Shown here: positions 46,101 to 54,400 of the stretch, in pieces
Numbering within the stretch: the first letter of the stretch is position 1
How the letters are laid out: every line of letters starts with the position of its first letter
Source: Patescibacteria group bacterium
GTDB taxonomy: Bacteria > Patescibacteriota > Patescibacteriia > UBA9570
Direction of reading: 5' to 3'
Assembly: GCA_041660305.1 (NCBI GenBank)
Contig: JBAZWO010000003.1
Span: 72,705-136,704 of the forward strand
Length of the DNA stretch: 64,000 nucleotides
Translations under genes and position numbers: made by a program
Notes under the pieces: generated by a model
Database searches by the model: none
What the model was told of the DNA's origin: nothing
The model's input: only the letters and a program-made list of their open reading frames with translations

Positions 46101-47270
46101 CGTGACAATCGTTGCCAGCGGGTCCGCCGTCGAAACCATCTCCATCCACGTCGGTCAGGTCCGTACCGAAACAGTCCTGGTCGATGCCATCGTAGGGTGT
46201 TTCACCTGCGCCCGGGAAGGCGTAGGGATTGGCATCGTTGCAGTCGCCGTCGGCTTCGGTGTACCCGTCGCCATCGTCGTCCGTGGTGTCTAGATTTTCG
46301 TCGATCAATCCGTTGCAGTCGTTGTCTTTGTCGTCCTCGAATTCGACCGCGCCTGGATAGGTGTTCACGTCGTCGTCGTTGCAGTCATCTCCGCCGGCAT
46401 TGTCTGCCGGATAACCATCTCCGTCCACATCGGTCAGATCCTCATCGTCGCAGTCCTGATCGATTCCGTCATAGGGCACCTCGGTGGCCCCGGGATGAAC
46501 GGCCGCATCGGCATCATCGCAGTCGTCCGGGTCAGGAACGTACCCCGAACCGGGCCACGCACATGCGGCAATTCCAGTCCCTTGAGCACCATATCCATCC
46601 GCGTCCGCGTCCGCGTACCATGTCGCGGACGGGTGTCCTTCGTCCACCTGGTCATCACAGTTGTTGTCCAGCCCGTCGCAGACCTCGTCCGCGCCGGGGT
46701 AGACCGTATCATTCCGGTCATTACAGTCACACTGTTCCTTGTGACCACGGGGACCGAGGAGACGGGTGTCGCAGCTGACCACACCGTCTTCGTCGCTGTC
46801 TCGAGGAGACAGCGACGGCATGACGATCTCGCTTGAGTCGTCGTCCTCCGTCGGCTCTGGACAGCCAGACAAGACGACCAAAGGCGCCACCACGAAAAAA
46901 AGGTTGACAAGCCAAAACCAAAAAACACTGGATCCGAATCTGTTCATCACTTACCTCACGTTGGCCACTCCAATTTTTTGGAATTTCCTATGGTTTTTCA
47001 CAGGAGTGGCGGTTCAGAAAAAAACTCTATCCCTATATCAATCAACCGCTGGCAAGGCGAGAAATTAAAAAACCTACGTTCACTTCAGCCTAAAGTGCCC
47101 GGTTTAATTGTTAATGGATTTTCTATTATAGACCAATTTCCATAACAAAAAAGCCTCCTTTATATATAAAACTACACTTAAAATCCCTTGCTTAAGGGGT
47201 TGTTATGTAGTGCTTGTCAAAGATCAAGCACGCCAAGTTACCATAAACCATGGTTTTGCGTCAAGCAGGT
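43158..47270. other. Compositionally foreign high-GC segment (single gene plus ~320-bp upstream region)
   Basis: There is an abrupt switch from AT-rich to GC-rich sequence. Hand counts of individual 60-nt lines gave about 65% GC inside and about 33-47% in flanking genes. Codons change from GAT/GGT/AAA-type to GAC/GGC/GTC-type. Long antisense ORFs appear only in this segment. Confidence 0.8.
43180..46947 (-). CDS. Giant lipoprotein: about 18 Cys/Asp-rich 'putative metal-binding motif' modules plus a C-terminal fibrinogen-like domain
   Basis: Signal plus lipobox (VVLSGC). Repeated modules are C[DN]D.....PGA.E.CDG.DNDCDG..DE and PGA.E.PYDGIDQDC.G.DLTDVDGDG. The C-terminus has TYTIDVDG.....ISVYCDMTTDGGGWTLL, a fibrinogen C-domain hallmark. 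ATG 46947 has GAGG 7 nt upstream; the track start 46950 is GTG. Confidence 0.85.
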   Translation of the reverse strand: MNRFGSSVFWFWLVNLFFVVAPLVVLSGCPEPTEDDDSSEIVMPSLSPRDSDEDGVVSCDTRLLGPRGHKEQCDCNDRNDTVYPGADEVCDGLDNNCDDQVDEGHPSATWYADADADGYGAQGTGIAACAWPGSGYVPDPDDCDDADAAVHPGATEVPYDGIDQDCDDEDLTDVDGDGYPADNAGGDDCNDDDVNTYPGAVEFEDDKDNDCNGLIDENLDTTDDDGDGYTEADGDCNDANPYAFPGAGETPYDGIDQDCFGTDLTDVDGDGFDGGPAGNDCHDADATVYPDADEVCDGVDNDCDGQVDDNGAIDAPTWYQDADVDGYGAVGSGVTTCQSPYSIAVRNVDGDCNDADVAINPGAQEIPYDGIDQDCDGADLTDVDGDGYASNATDGGMDCDDNNTAINPGATEVCGNSVDENCDGTYCSGRDADGDGHGTKDNPTPDCNDADATVFPGALELCDSKDNNCNGQIDEGVEHTYYQDSDTDGYGNVNQPYSSGCVPAGYVTDNTDCDDNNPGVYPGAVEIHNDGIDQDCSGADYIDADADGFLVEVDCDDNDPDIYPGADETPYDGIDQDCNGSDLNDLDGDGYSQDPWGTGSDCDDKNPSLNPAAEEIGDGIDNNCNDQIDEGTYAYDDDGDGYSEANGDCDDANLYIFPGAGETPYDGIDQDCDGADLTDVDGDGFTATEAGGGDCEDNDPAINPYATEVCDGVDNNCDGEIDEGVKTTWYLDEDGDGYAISEGGVTYTGCTVPDESGQWILTTGDCDDANANINPNATEVCDEADNDCDGAIDEWVTVTFYQDGDGDGYGTSTTIQACTRPGGYAVVSGDCDDTYVGTYPGASEQCDGMDNDCDGVVDDDVKIWTWYRDADGDEYGTLGSTTSGCAAPTGYVGNSSDCNDDDPDINPVAIEVCDSADNDCDGNTDEGVTTTYYKDNDGDGHGTDNTIQACSRPAGYATVSGDCDDRDASVPRAETCDSADNDCDGSIDEGVKITYYQDNDGDGYGSTTTAQACNKPSGYATVGGDCNDNNSAVHPGATEVYDGLDNDCDGQTDEGLYATNCLNRLEVYPASSTGTYTIDVDGVGGSAPISVYCDMTTDGGGWTLLVNIASELGAIDLFTYTVGSSPSISSNYGVGMSRLQVSTATEYRLTCMETQSAERRFFVKGLDPSQPVFKAAGSFDHSGITCSQSANFSSPLSGNSCFAGGWEDSSHTYYGNSGWGIAWALFSAQAPNTLRHCATFGDANPVFHPGRVWAR

Positions 47271-47306
47271 ATTCATGTTCAGTTCATATTTTATATATTA
47301 TATTAC

Positions 47307-47335
47307 TTGACAGAATATTTTACATATAATAATAT
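47307..47335 (+). promoter_or_regulatory. Sigma70-type promoter (TTGACA-17-TAATAT)
   Basis: TTGACA at 47307-47312 and TAATAT at 47330-47335, upstream of the ORF at 47377. Confidence 0.55.
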
Positions 47336-47376
47336 GAATATATTAATATTATTATCATTTAAAAATATATAGTTTT

Positions 47377-47679
47377 ATGTCTCAAGCTATTCCCAATATC
47401 ATCGGCATAGCCGAATTACAACGCAAAGCGCCAGCTATTTTAAAGCAAATAGCGAGCGATGCTTACGAAAGCATTGTGGTTAATCATAATATACCAAAAG
47501 CAGTAATTATGAGCTTAGCTCGTTATGAACAGTTAAAAGCCTTGGAAACACTGGAATTTATCCCTCATCGCAAAACTTCACCAACAGCTATTCGTTCTAG
47601 TTTGGCCAGTACTGGCTTATATTCTGAAGATTTTTTAAATGATGTTGAAAACGGTTTAAACAAAGCTTACAAACAATAA
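47377..47679 (+). CDS. Phd/YefM-like antitoxin-domain protein with no adjacent toxin gene
   Basis: 100 aa. IGIAELQRKAPAILKQI.....ESIVVNHNIPKAVIMSLARYEQLKAL follows the Phd/YefM N-terminal pattern. No ORF follows before rpoB. Confidence 0.6.
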   Translation: MSQAIPNIIGIAELQRKAPAILKQIASDAYESIVVNHNIPKAVIMSLARYEQLKALETLEFIPHRKTSPTAIRSSLASTGLYSEDFLNDVENGLNKAYKQ

Positions 47680-47716
47680 AAACCGTAGAAATTATCGCGA
47701 TTACGAATCATTACAA

Positions 47717-47744
47717 GTAGAGACGCCTCGCGGGGCGTCTCTAC
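47717..47744. repeat. GC-rich hairpin, family copy H2 (GTAGAGACGCC-tcgcgg-GGCGTCTCTAC)
   Basis: 11-bp perfect arms, read directly. Confidence 0.9.
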
Positions 47745-47803
47745 AAACATAAATGTGCACAAATCTGTGCATAACCTGTTTTTAAGGTGGGTATATGGTT
47801 TCC

Positions 47804-47833
47804 GGTAGAGACGTTGCGCGCAACGTCTCTACC
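47804..47833. repeat. GC-rich perfect 30-bp palindrome, family copy H3 (GGTAGAGACGTTGCG|CGCAACGTCTCTACC)
   Basis: Read directly. It shares the GTAGAGACG / CGTCTCTAC outer arms with H2. Confidence 0.9.
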
Positions 47834-47904
47834 AGTGATAATTACCTAATTTTAGATAAAAAATAACCTGTGAATAACATTCTTGACATTTTTTTGGCAT
47901 CTGC

Positions 47905-47933
47905 TTGACAGATATAGCCTGTTTCGCTAATAT
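47905..47933 (+). promoter_or_regulatory. Candidate rpoBC promoter (TTGACA-17-TAATAT)
   Basis: TTGACA at 47905-47910 and TAATAT at 47928-47933, about 145 nt before the rpoB ATG. Confidence 0.5.
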
Positions 47934-48080
47934 TACCTCTGCTTCATTCATGATTTTGTCTCGGTTTGATTAAACACTTCATCTAATTTAATCAAAATAA
48001 TACAAGGGGTGAATAACCACTTTTAACTAATCAGCTTGATATTTTCCGCCGCCTTTAAAACGGGCAACGGAGTTTTTTAT

Positions 48081-51000
48081 ATGCGCATAAAACACACACC
48101 AGACACATCATCGCAGCCAGATATTGCTGCCGACCGTCGGACATTTACTAAGCCTAACGATGCCACTATTCTGCCAAATCTAATAGAAGTACAACGCACT
48201 TCTTACAAGTGGTTCATGGACGAAGGCTTAAAAGAATTACTCGATGAAATTTCCCCAATTCAAGATTTTACCGGAAAAGATTTGGAATTACATTTTGATA
48301 ATTATTATTTAGACGAACCGCGCTTTGATGAAGTGACAGCTAAAGATAAAAATGTTACTTACGAAGCTGCTTTACGAGTCCGGGCTCGGTTAAAAAACAA
48401 ACGTACCAACGAAATTAAAGAGCAAGAAGTATATTTAGGCGATTTTCCGTTAATGACCAACCGTGGCACTTTTATTATTAATGGCATCGAGCGCGTGGTA
48501 GTATCACAGCTTATTCGTTCGGCTGGTGTGTTTTTTACTTCCGAAAATATTCGTGGCCGCAATTATTACGGCGCCAAAGTAATTCCTAATCGCGGCGCTT
48601 GGCTGGAATTTGAAACCGATGCTAATAACGTAATTTACGTTAAGATTGATCGTAAACGTAAAGTGCCTATTACCGCTTTGTTGCGCTCGTTTGGTTTTTC
48701 TACTAATGAAGAAATTATTGCGTTATTTAAAGATATCGATACCGATAACGAAAATCGCTACATTGAAGCTACTCTGGCTAAAGATATTTCTCATTCCGAA
48801 GGTGAAGGCTTAAAAGAAGTATACAAACGTATTCGCCCGGGTGATTTAGCCACCGTCGATAATGCCCGTGGTTTAATTCATGCTATGTTTTTTAACTTTA
48901 GCCGCTATGATTTTGGTCGCGTTGGTCGCTATAAAATAAACAAGCGGTTTAAATTCGATCAACCAATTAACACTAAAACTCGCGTGTTAATGCGTGAAGA
49001 TGTTATTGCTGTATTGCGTGAAATTATTCAATTAAATAATACCCAAGCCGAAGCTGATGATATTGATCATTTAGGTAATCGCCGGGTTCGTGCTGTGGGC
49101 GAACTAGTACAGAATAAATTTAGAATTGGTTTAGCCCGTATGGAACGTATTGTGAAAGATCGCATGAGTACTAAAGATATTCTCACCTTAACGCCCGGCC
49201 AGTTAATTAACGCCCGGCCAGTAATTGGCTCGATTCGTGAATTTTTTATGAGTTCACAGTTATCACAGTTCATGGATCAAACTAACCCGTTAGCCGAACT
49301 AGAACACAAACGCCGCTTATCAGCTATGGGGCCAGGTGGCTTATCGCGTGAACGCGCTGGTTTTGAAGTGCGTGATGTGCACCGTACTCACTACGGTCGC
49401 ATTTGCCCAATTGCCACACCAGAAGGTCCAAATATTGGTTTAGTAGGCCACTTAGCTAGTTATGCCAGAATTAATAATTATGGCTTTATTGAAACACCGT
49501 ATCGTAAAATTAAAATTGATACCAAAAAAGAACAAGCTAACGTAACTAGCGACATTGTCTATTTAGATGCCTTCGAAGAAGAACAGGCCGTAATTACAGC
49601 CGCTACTGCCGATTTAGATGATCAAGGCAATTTTGTAGACCAGAAAAAAATTGAAGTAAGAAAATACGGCCAGCCAGCTTTAGCTTATCCGTGGGAAATT
49701 GATTACATGGATGTATCGGCCAAACAAATTATTTCTGTAGCTACGGCTTTAATTCCTTTTGTAGAACACAACGACGCCGTGCGTGCTTTAATGGGCACTA
49801 ACATGCAACGCCAAGCCGTGTCTTGCATCAAACCAGACGCACCAATTGTTGGCACTGGTGTGGAACGCCGCGCCGCGGTAGATTCTGGCCAAGTAATTGT
49901 GGCCGAAGAAGATGGTGAAATTACTGTGGCCAGCGCTAATCAAATTCAATTAAAAGGCAAAACTGGTTTACATACTTATAATTTAGGAAAATTTTTACGT
50001 TCTAATGCCTCCACCAGCATGAACCAAAAGCCAATTGTCGAGCCAGGCGTTAAAGTTAAACAAGGTGCCGTGTTAGCCGATGGTGCTTCCACTCAAGGTG
50101 GCGAATTAGCCTTGGGTCAAAATGTGTTAGTGGCTTATATGCCTTGGGAAGGTGGTAACTATGAAGATGCTATTTTAATTTCCGAACGCCTAGTGCAAAG
50201 CGATAAATACACCTCTATTCATATTGAAGAATACAGCGTGGATTTACGTGATACCAAGCTGGGGCCGGAAGTAATTACCCGCGATATTCCAAACGTATCT
50301 GAAGAAAAATTAAAAGATTTAGATGAACAAGGCATTATCCGCATTGGTGCTCAAGTATCCTCTGGTGATATATTAGTTGGTAAAATTACGCCCAAAGGCG
50401 AAACGGAATTATCCGCTGAAGAAAAATTATTACGCGCCATTTTCGGTGAAAAATCTAAAGACGTAAAAGATTCTTCGTTATATCTAGAACACGGCGAACA
50501 CGGTAAAGTAGTAGATATTAAAATCTTTTCCAAAGAAAACGGCGACAAATTACCCTCTGGTGTAATTAAAACCATTCAAATATCCGTAGCCCAATTACGT
50601 AAAGTACAAGTTGGTGATAAAATGGCCGGCCGCCATGGTAACAAAGGCGTTATTTCCCGTATCGTACCAATTGAAGACATGCCGTACATGGAAGATGGTC
50701 GTCCAGTAGATATTTTGTTAAACCCCTTAGGTATCGTATCTCGTATGAATCTAGGCCAGGTGTTAGAAGTACATTTAGGCTTAGCCGCTTGGGTTTTAGG
50801 TTACAAAGTAGCTACCATGCCATTTCAAGGTGTACCGGAAAAAACCATTAAAGAAGAGTTGGTAAAGGCTAACTTCTCAAACGATGGTAAAATTACGTTA
50901 TTCGATGGCCGCACTGGTGATAAATTCCTTTACCGAGTAACTTGTGGTATTTCCTACATGTTGAAATTAAATCATATGGTGGATGATAAAATTCATCAAC

Positions 51001-51377
51001 GTTCGATTGGTCCGTATTCGTTAGTAACGCAACAACCATTAGGCGGTAAAGCCCAATTCGGTGGCCAGCGTTTTGGAGAAATGGAAGTATGGGCTTTGGA
51101 AGCTTATGGAACCGCTCATATGCTACAAGAAATTCTCACTATCAAATCCGATGACGTGCCCGGCCGATCAAAAGCTTATGAAGCGGTTATTAAAGGTGAA
51201 GCGATTAGTAAAATTAACGTGCCGGAATCTTTTAACGTGTTAGTTCGTGAATTAAAGGGATTAGGCTTATCGGTAGATTTGTTCTCCAAAGAAGGTCAAG
51301 TAGTTGGCAGCGAGGTCGATGCCAATACTACTACAGAACCTGTTACCAAACCAACCACGTCTGTTACCACTAAATAA
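48081..51377 (+). CDS. rpoB: DNA-directed RNA polymerase subunit beta
   Basis: Conserved blocks are present throughout (e.g. [48 protein letters not shown]). ATG 48081 has GGAG 8 nt upstream. Confidence 0.97.
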   Translation: MRIKHTPDTSSQPDIAADRRTFTKPNDATILPNLIEVQRTSYKWFMDEGLKELLDEISPIQDFTGKDLELHFDNYYLDEPRFDEVTAKDKNVTYEAALRVRARLKNKRTNEIKEQEVYLGDFPLMTNRGTFIINGIERVVVSQLIRSAGVFFTSENIRGRNYYGAKVIPNRGAWLEFETDANNVIYVKIDRKRKVPITALLRSFGFSTNEEIIALFKDIDTDNENRYIEATLAKDISHSEGEGLKEVYKRIRPGDLATVDNARGLIHAMFFNFSRYDFGRVGRYKINKRFKFDQPINTKTRVLMREDVIAVLREIIQLNNTQAEADDIDHLGNRRVRAVGELVQNKFRIGLARMERIVKDRMSTKDILTLTPGQLINARPVIGSIREFFMSSQLSQFMDQTNPLAELEHKRRLSAMGPGGLSRERAGFEVRDVHRTHYGRICPIATPEGPNIGLVGHLASYARINNYGFIETPYRKIKIDTKKEQANVTSDIVYLDAFEEEQAVITAATADLDDQGNFVDQKKIEVRKYGQPALAYPWEIDYMDVSAKQIISVATALIPFVEHNDAVRALMGTNMQRQAVSCIKPDAPIVGTGVERRAAVDSGQVIVAEEDGEITVASANQIQLKGKTGLHTYNLGKFLRSNASTSMNQKPIVEPGVKVKQGAVLADGASTQGGELALGQNVLVAYMPWEGGNYEDAILISERLVQSDKYTSIHIEEYSVDLRDTKLGPEVITRDIPNVSEEKLKDLDEQGIIRIGAQVSSGDILVGKITPKGETELSAEEKLLRAIFGEKSKDVKDSSLYLEHGEHGKVVDIKIFSKENGDKLPSGVIKTIQISVAQLRKVQVGDKMAGRHGNKGVISRIVPIEDMPYMEDGRPVDILLNPLGIVSRMNLGQVLEVHLGLAAWVLGYKVATMPFQGVPEKTIKEELVKANFSNDGKITLFDGRTGDKFLYRVTCGISYMLKLNHMVDDKIHQRSIGPYSLVTQQPLGGKAQFGGQRFGEMEVWALEAYGTAHMLQEILTIKSDDVPGRSKAYEAVIKGEAISKINVPESFNVLVRELKGLGLSVDLFSKEGQVVGSEVDANTTTEPVTKPTTSVTTK

Positions 51378-51401
51378 TTAATGTAATCCTAATATACATT
51401 T

Positions 51402-54400
51402 ATGCCAGAACTACAAATCAGAACCCACGATTTCGATGCCATCCGCTTAAAGATTGCTTCACCAGAAGAAATTCATGAATGGTCTCATGGCGAAGTTACT
51501 CGCCCAGAAACCATTAATTATCGTACTCAAAAACCAGAAAAAGATGGCTTGTTTTGTGAGAAAATTTTTGGTCCATCAAAAGATTGGGAATGTTATTGTG
51601 GTAAGTATAAAAAAATTCGCTACAAAGGAATTGTGTGTGATAAATGTGGTGTTGAAGTAACTCGTTCGATAGTACGTCGTGAACGCATGGGTCATATTGA
51701 TTTATCTGTACCAGTATCACATATCTGGTTTTTACGTGGTGTGCCATCTAAAATTGGCTTGCTGTTAGATTTGTCCGTGCAATCACTAGAAAAAGTAATT
51801 TATTTTGCCAATTTTATTATCACTAATGTTAATGAAGAGCTTAAAACTAGCACACTAGAACAAATTAATAATGAAGCCAGCCAAAAACGCAAAGCTTTAT
51901 TAGCAGAAAATAATAAGCTAATTGCCGGTATTAAACAAAAGCGTGATCAAGCTATACAAACTGAAACTGCGCCGGCTAAACAAGCAAAATTAAAAGAACA
52001 GTACGAAGAAGAGCTGATTAATGTATCTATTTTACGAGATGAAAAAATTAAACATTTAGAAGACGCTGTAGAAATGGCCAAAAAAGAACTGCGGGATTTA
52101 AAGCCAATGGAAGTAATATCAGAAACTAAATATCAAGATCTTTCTCTAAAATATGGTCATATTTTTGAAGCTAGTATCGGTGCCGAAGCGATTAAAGAAT
52201 TGCTCGATCGTATTAAATTAGATGAGTTAATTAAACAATTAGAAATTGAATTAACTGAGGTTAGTAAAAATCAACATCATCGTTTAATCCGGCGCTTAAA
52301 GTTAGCTAAAAACTTAAAACGTAATGGCATTCAACCGGCTTGGATGGTATTATCTGCTGTACCAATTATTCCACCCGATTTACGCCCGATGGTACAGTTA
52401 GATGGTGGCCGTTTTGCTGCTTCTGACTTGAATGATTTATATCGTCGCGTAATTAATCGTAATAACCGCTTAAAACGCCTGAAAGAATTAAACGCACCGG
52501 AAGTAATTCAACGCAACGAAAAACGCATGTTGCAAGAAGCGGTAGACGCGCTAATTGATAATGGCGCTAGACATGGTAAAACTGTTACTGCCTCAACTGG
52601 TCAAAAACGCATGCTAAAATCTTTAGCTGATATGTTAAAAGGGAAACAAGGCCGTTTCCGCCAGAACTTACTTGGTAAACGTGTAGATTATTCTGGCCGT
52701 TCTGTAATTGTAGTTGGTCCTCATTTGAAGCTCAATCAATGTGGTTTGCCTAAACGCATGGCGTTAGAATTATTCCGTCCATTTGTAATTTCTAAGCTAA
52801 TAGAACGTGAATATGTATATAACGTCCGCAGTGCTAATAGATTTATCGAATCTGGTCGCGCTGAAGTATGGGATATTCTAGAAGAAGTTACTAAAAATGC
52901 TCACGTGTTATTAAACCGCGCTCCTACTTTACATCGCTTAGGCATTCAAGCTTTCCAACCAATATTAATCGAAGGTAAGGCTATTCAAATTCACCCCTTA
53001 GTCTGCACTGCTTTTAATGCCGACTTTGATGGTGACCAAATGGCTGTGCATGTTCCGTTAACTGAAGAAGCTAAACGTGAAGCTAAAGAAATAATGTTAT
53101 CTACCAAAAACTTGTTAAAACCAGCTACCGGTGAACCCGTAGTAACTCCCTCCCAAGATATTGTACTAGGTTGTTATTTCATGACCTTATTAAAAGATGC
53201 TGCTGGTAAACGCAAACTGCATTACAGTGATGAAGCTGAGGCACGCTTAGCTTACGAAAATAACTGCATTGAATTACAATCTCGTATTTATGTGCGCATT
53301 GCTGGTGAATTAGTAGAAACTTCCGTGGGTAGGGTTATCTTTAATGAATTACTGCCGGCGGATCAACAATTCTCCAATGTGTTAGTAGACAAAAAAGAAC
53401 TAAAAAATATCATTGCCCGGTCATTTGCTAAACACGGCGGTGATCGCACTGTAGAATTAATCGACGAAATTAAAGAATTGGCCATTGCTTATATCACTAA
53501 ATCTGGCATGAGTTGGAGCATTGATGACACGCCATGGTTAACCAAAAAACCAGCGGTATTAGCTAAAGCGCAGGCTGAAGTAGACACTATTTTAGCTCAA
53601 TATGAATCTGGTTTACTCACCGATGATGAACGTCGGGTTCGTACTATAGAAATTTGGACTCGGGTAAAAAATGAAATTACCGGCATGTGTCAAAACGCTC
53701 TCGATGAAAACAGTTCAGCGTTTGCCATGATTGATTCTGGCGCACGTGGTTCTTGGGGACAGTTAACTCAAATGATGGGTATGAAAGGTTTGGTAATTAA
53801 CTCGGCCGGTGAAACCATTGAATTACCGGTAAAAACTTCTTTTAAAGAAGGTTTTGATGTATTGGAATATTTCATTTCTACTCATGGCGCTCGTAAAGGG
53901 TTAACTGATACTGCCTTACGTACGGCTAACGCTGGTTATTTAACCCGTCGGTTAATCGATGTAGCTCAAGATATTATTACCTGCGAAGAAGATTGTGGCA
54001 CGCATTTAGGCCGTGTAATTACAGCTGAAAATAGTGAATTAATGAATCAACCATTAATTTCTCGTATGATTGGCCGTGTAGTAGCTGAAGATATTAAACA
54101 AGGTGATAAAGTGGTAATTAAACGCAATGAATTAATTACCGAGCAACATATAGCATTATTAGAAAAATTAAAACTCAAACAAGTAAAATTACGCTCGGTG
54201 TTAGCTTGTGAAACCGTGCGCGGCGTGTGTCAACAATGTTATGGTTACGATTTAGGCCATAATACTATGGTAAAAATGGGCACCGCCGTTGGTATTATTG
54301 CGGCTCAATCCATTGGTGAACCTGGCACCCAGCTAACCATGCGCACCTTTCATACTGGTGGTGTAGCCGGTGGCGATATTACCCAAGGTTTACCTAGAGT

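Noticed and set aside
43405-46836. Numerous long plus-strand ORFs (338, 193, 148, 113 aa and others) and extra minus-strand ORFs (220, 164, 147, 121 aa) inside the high-GC segment
   Set aside because: They are antisense to, or out of frame with, the 1255-aa repeat-structured CDS. They translate to Arg/Ala/Val/Thr/Pro-rich low-complexity strings. They are the expected by-product of stop-codon scarcity in GC-rich DNA. Only the frame with the signal peptide, the periodic Cys/Asp modules and the fibrinogen-like end makes biological sense.
43158-47270. Calling the high-GC segment a classical integrative element, prophage or transposon
   Set aside because: No integrase, transposase or recombinase gene, no flanking tRNA, and no convincing direct repeats or terminal inverted repeats were found at the composition boundaries. 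It is therefore reported as a compositional island of unknown mobilisation route, not as a mobile element.
43128-47833. GTAGAGACG/CGTCTCTAC hairpins as a CRISPR array or as cloning scars (the arms contain GAGACG/CGTCTC, the BsmBI/Esp3I recognition sequence)
   Set aside because: There are only three copies, with irregular spacing (4.6 kb and 60 bp) and self-complementary structure, so this is not a CRISPR repeat-spacer layout. The restriction sites are part of longer conserved palindromic arms with compensatory inner stems, which fits a natural hairpin family better than engineered junctions. An artificial origin cannot be excluded from sequence alone.
47771-47871. 9-bp direct repeat ATAACCTGT (47771-47779 and 47863-47871) flanking hairpin H3 as a target-site duplication of a MITE
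   Set aside because: The repeat is short enough to occur by chance, and I could not find terminal inverted repeats inside it.
51390-51404. TAATAT-N6-ATG in front of rpoC as another leaderless promoter
   Set aside because: There is no acceptable -35 or TGn extension. rpoC lies 24 nt after rpoB and is almost certainly co-transcribed. An A/T hexamer at this distance can arise by chance in such AT-rich spacers.
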